Origin: Paraspadella gotoi
Lineage: Eukaryota; Animalia; Chaetognatha
Reading direction: 5' to 3'
NCBI GenBank assembly: GCA_051294375.1
Contig: CM119271.1
Location: 14,576,770-14,640,769, forward strand
Length of the DNA stretch: 64,000 nt
The translations under genes and the position numbers were made by a program. This document shows, in pieces, positions 63,813-64,000 of this stretch; the stretch's first letter is position 1, and every line of letters starts with the position of its first letter. The notes below the pieces were generated by a model. That model saw only the letters and a program-made list of their open reading frames with translations, ran no database searches and was not told where the DNA came from.

Positions 63813-64000
63813 CCTGAAAACAAAATAATTTAAGCAATTTAATTATAAAGAAAATGTTTTTTCAACTGAGATTCGGAATCAAAGACGTCAAATAATTTGG
63901 TAGGAAGATAACATAGTCTTAGCATCGAATGGTTGACTTTTCACTAATCGTCTTTGAGTCTGACGTTTGATCTACAAAAGTTTAGTCGAGGATCTACAAG

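Overview
Eukaryotic, animal-like draft genomic DNA with GC/CpG-rich exons, short AT-rich GT-AG introns and three N-gaps. Sixteen distinct host genes were reconstructed and all lie on the minus strand. They form two dense head-to-tail arrays: ATG13-MRPS7-APN1-ZFAND2-RPL35A-ankyrin gene-VPS13B at 1-12.4 kb, and SSU72-METTL26-FAM98-METAP2-COQ3-SMIM4-SNRPF-NACHT/TPR gene-UBE2J2 at 22-64 kb. Stop-to-start gaps are mostly 130-640 bp, which suggests operon-like polycistronic organisation. The middle of the window is accessory DNA. It holds a tandem family of Cys/His-motif Ser/Pro-rich ORFs (one fused to an envelope-like TM tail) and a ~7 kb duplication joined by a DIRS end. It also holds a hAT-like non-autonomous element carrying hammerhead ribozyme motifs, a DIRS1-like tyrosine-recombinase retrotransposon whose ICR lies upstream of gag, a tRNA-derived SINE and Helentron/DINE-1-like repeats. 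All calls come from reading the sequence by eye. Exon boundaries are approximate and no database search was run.
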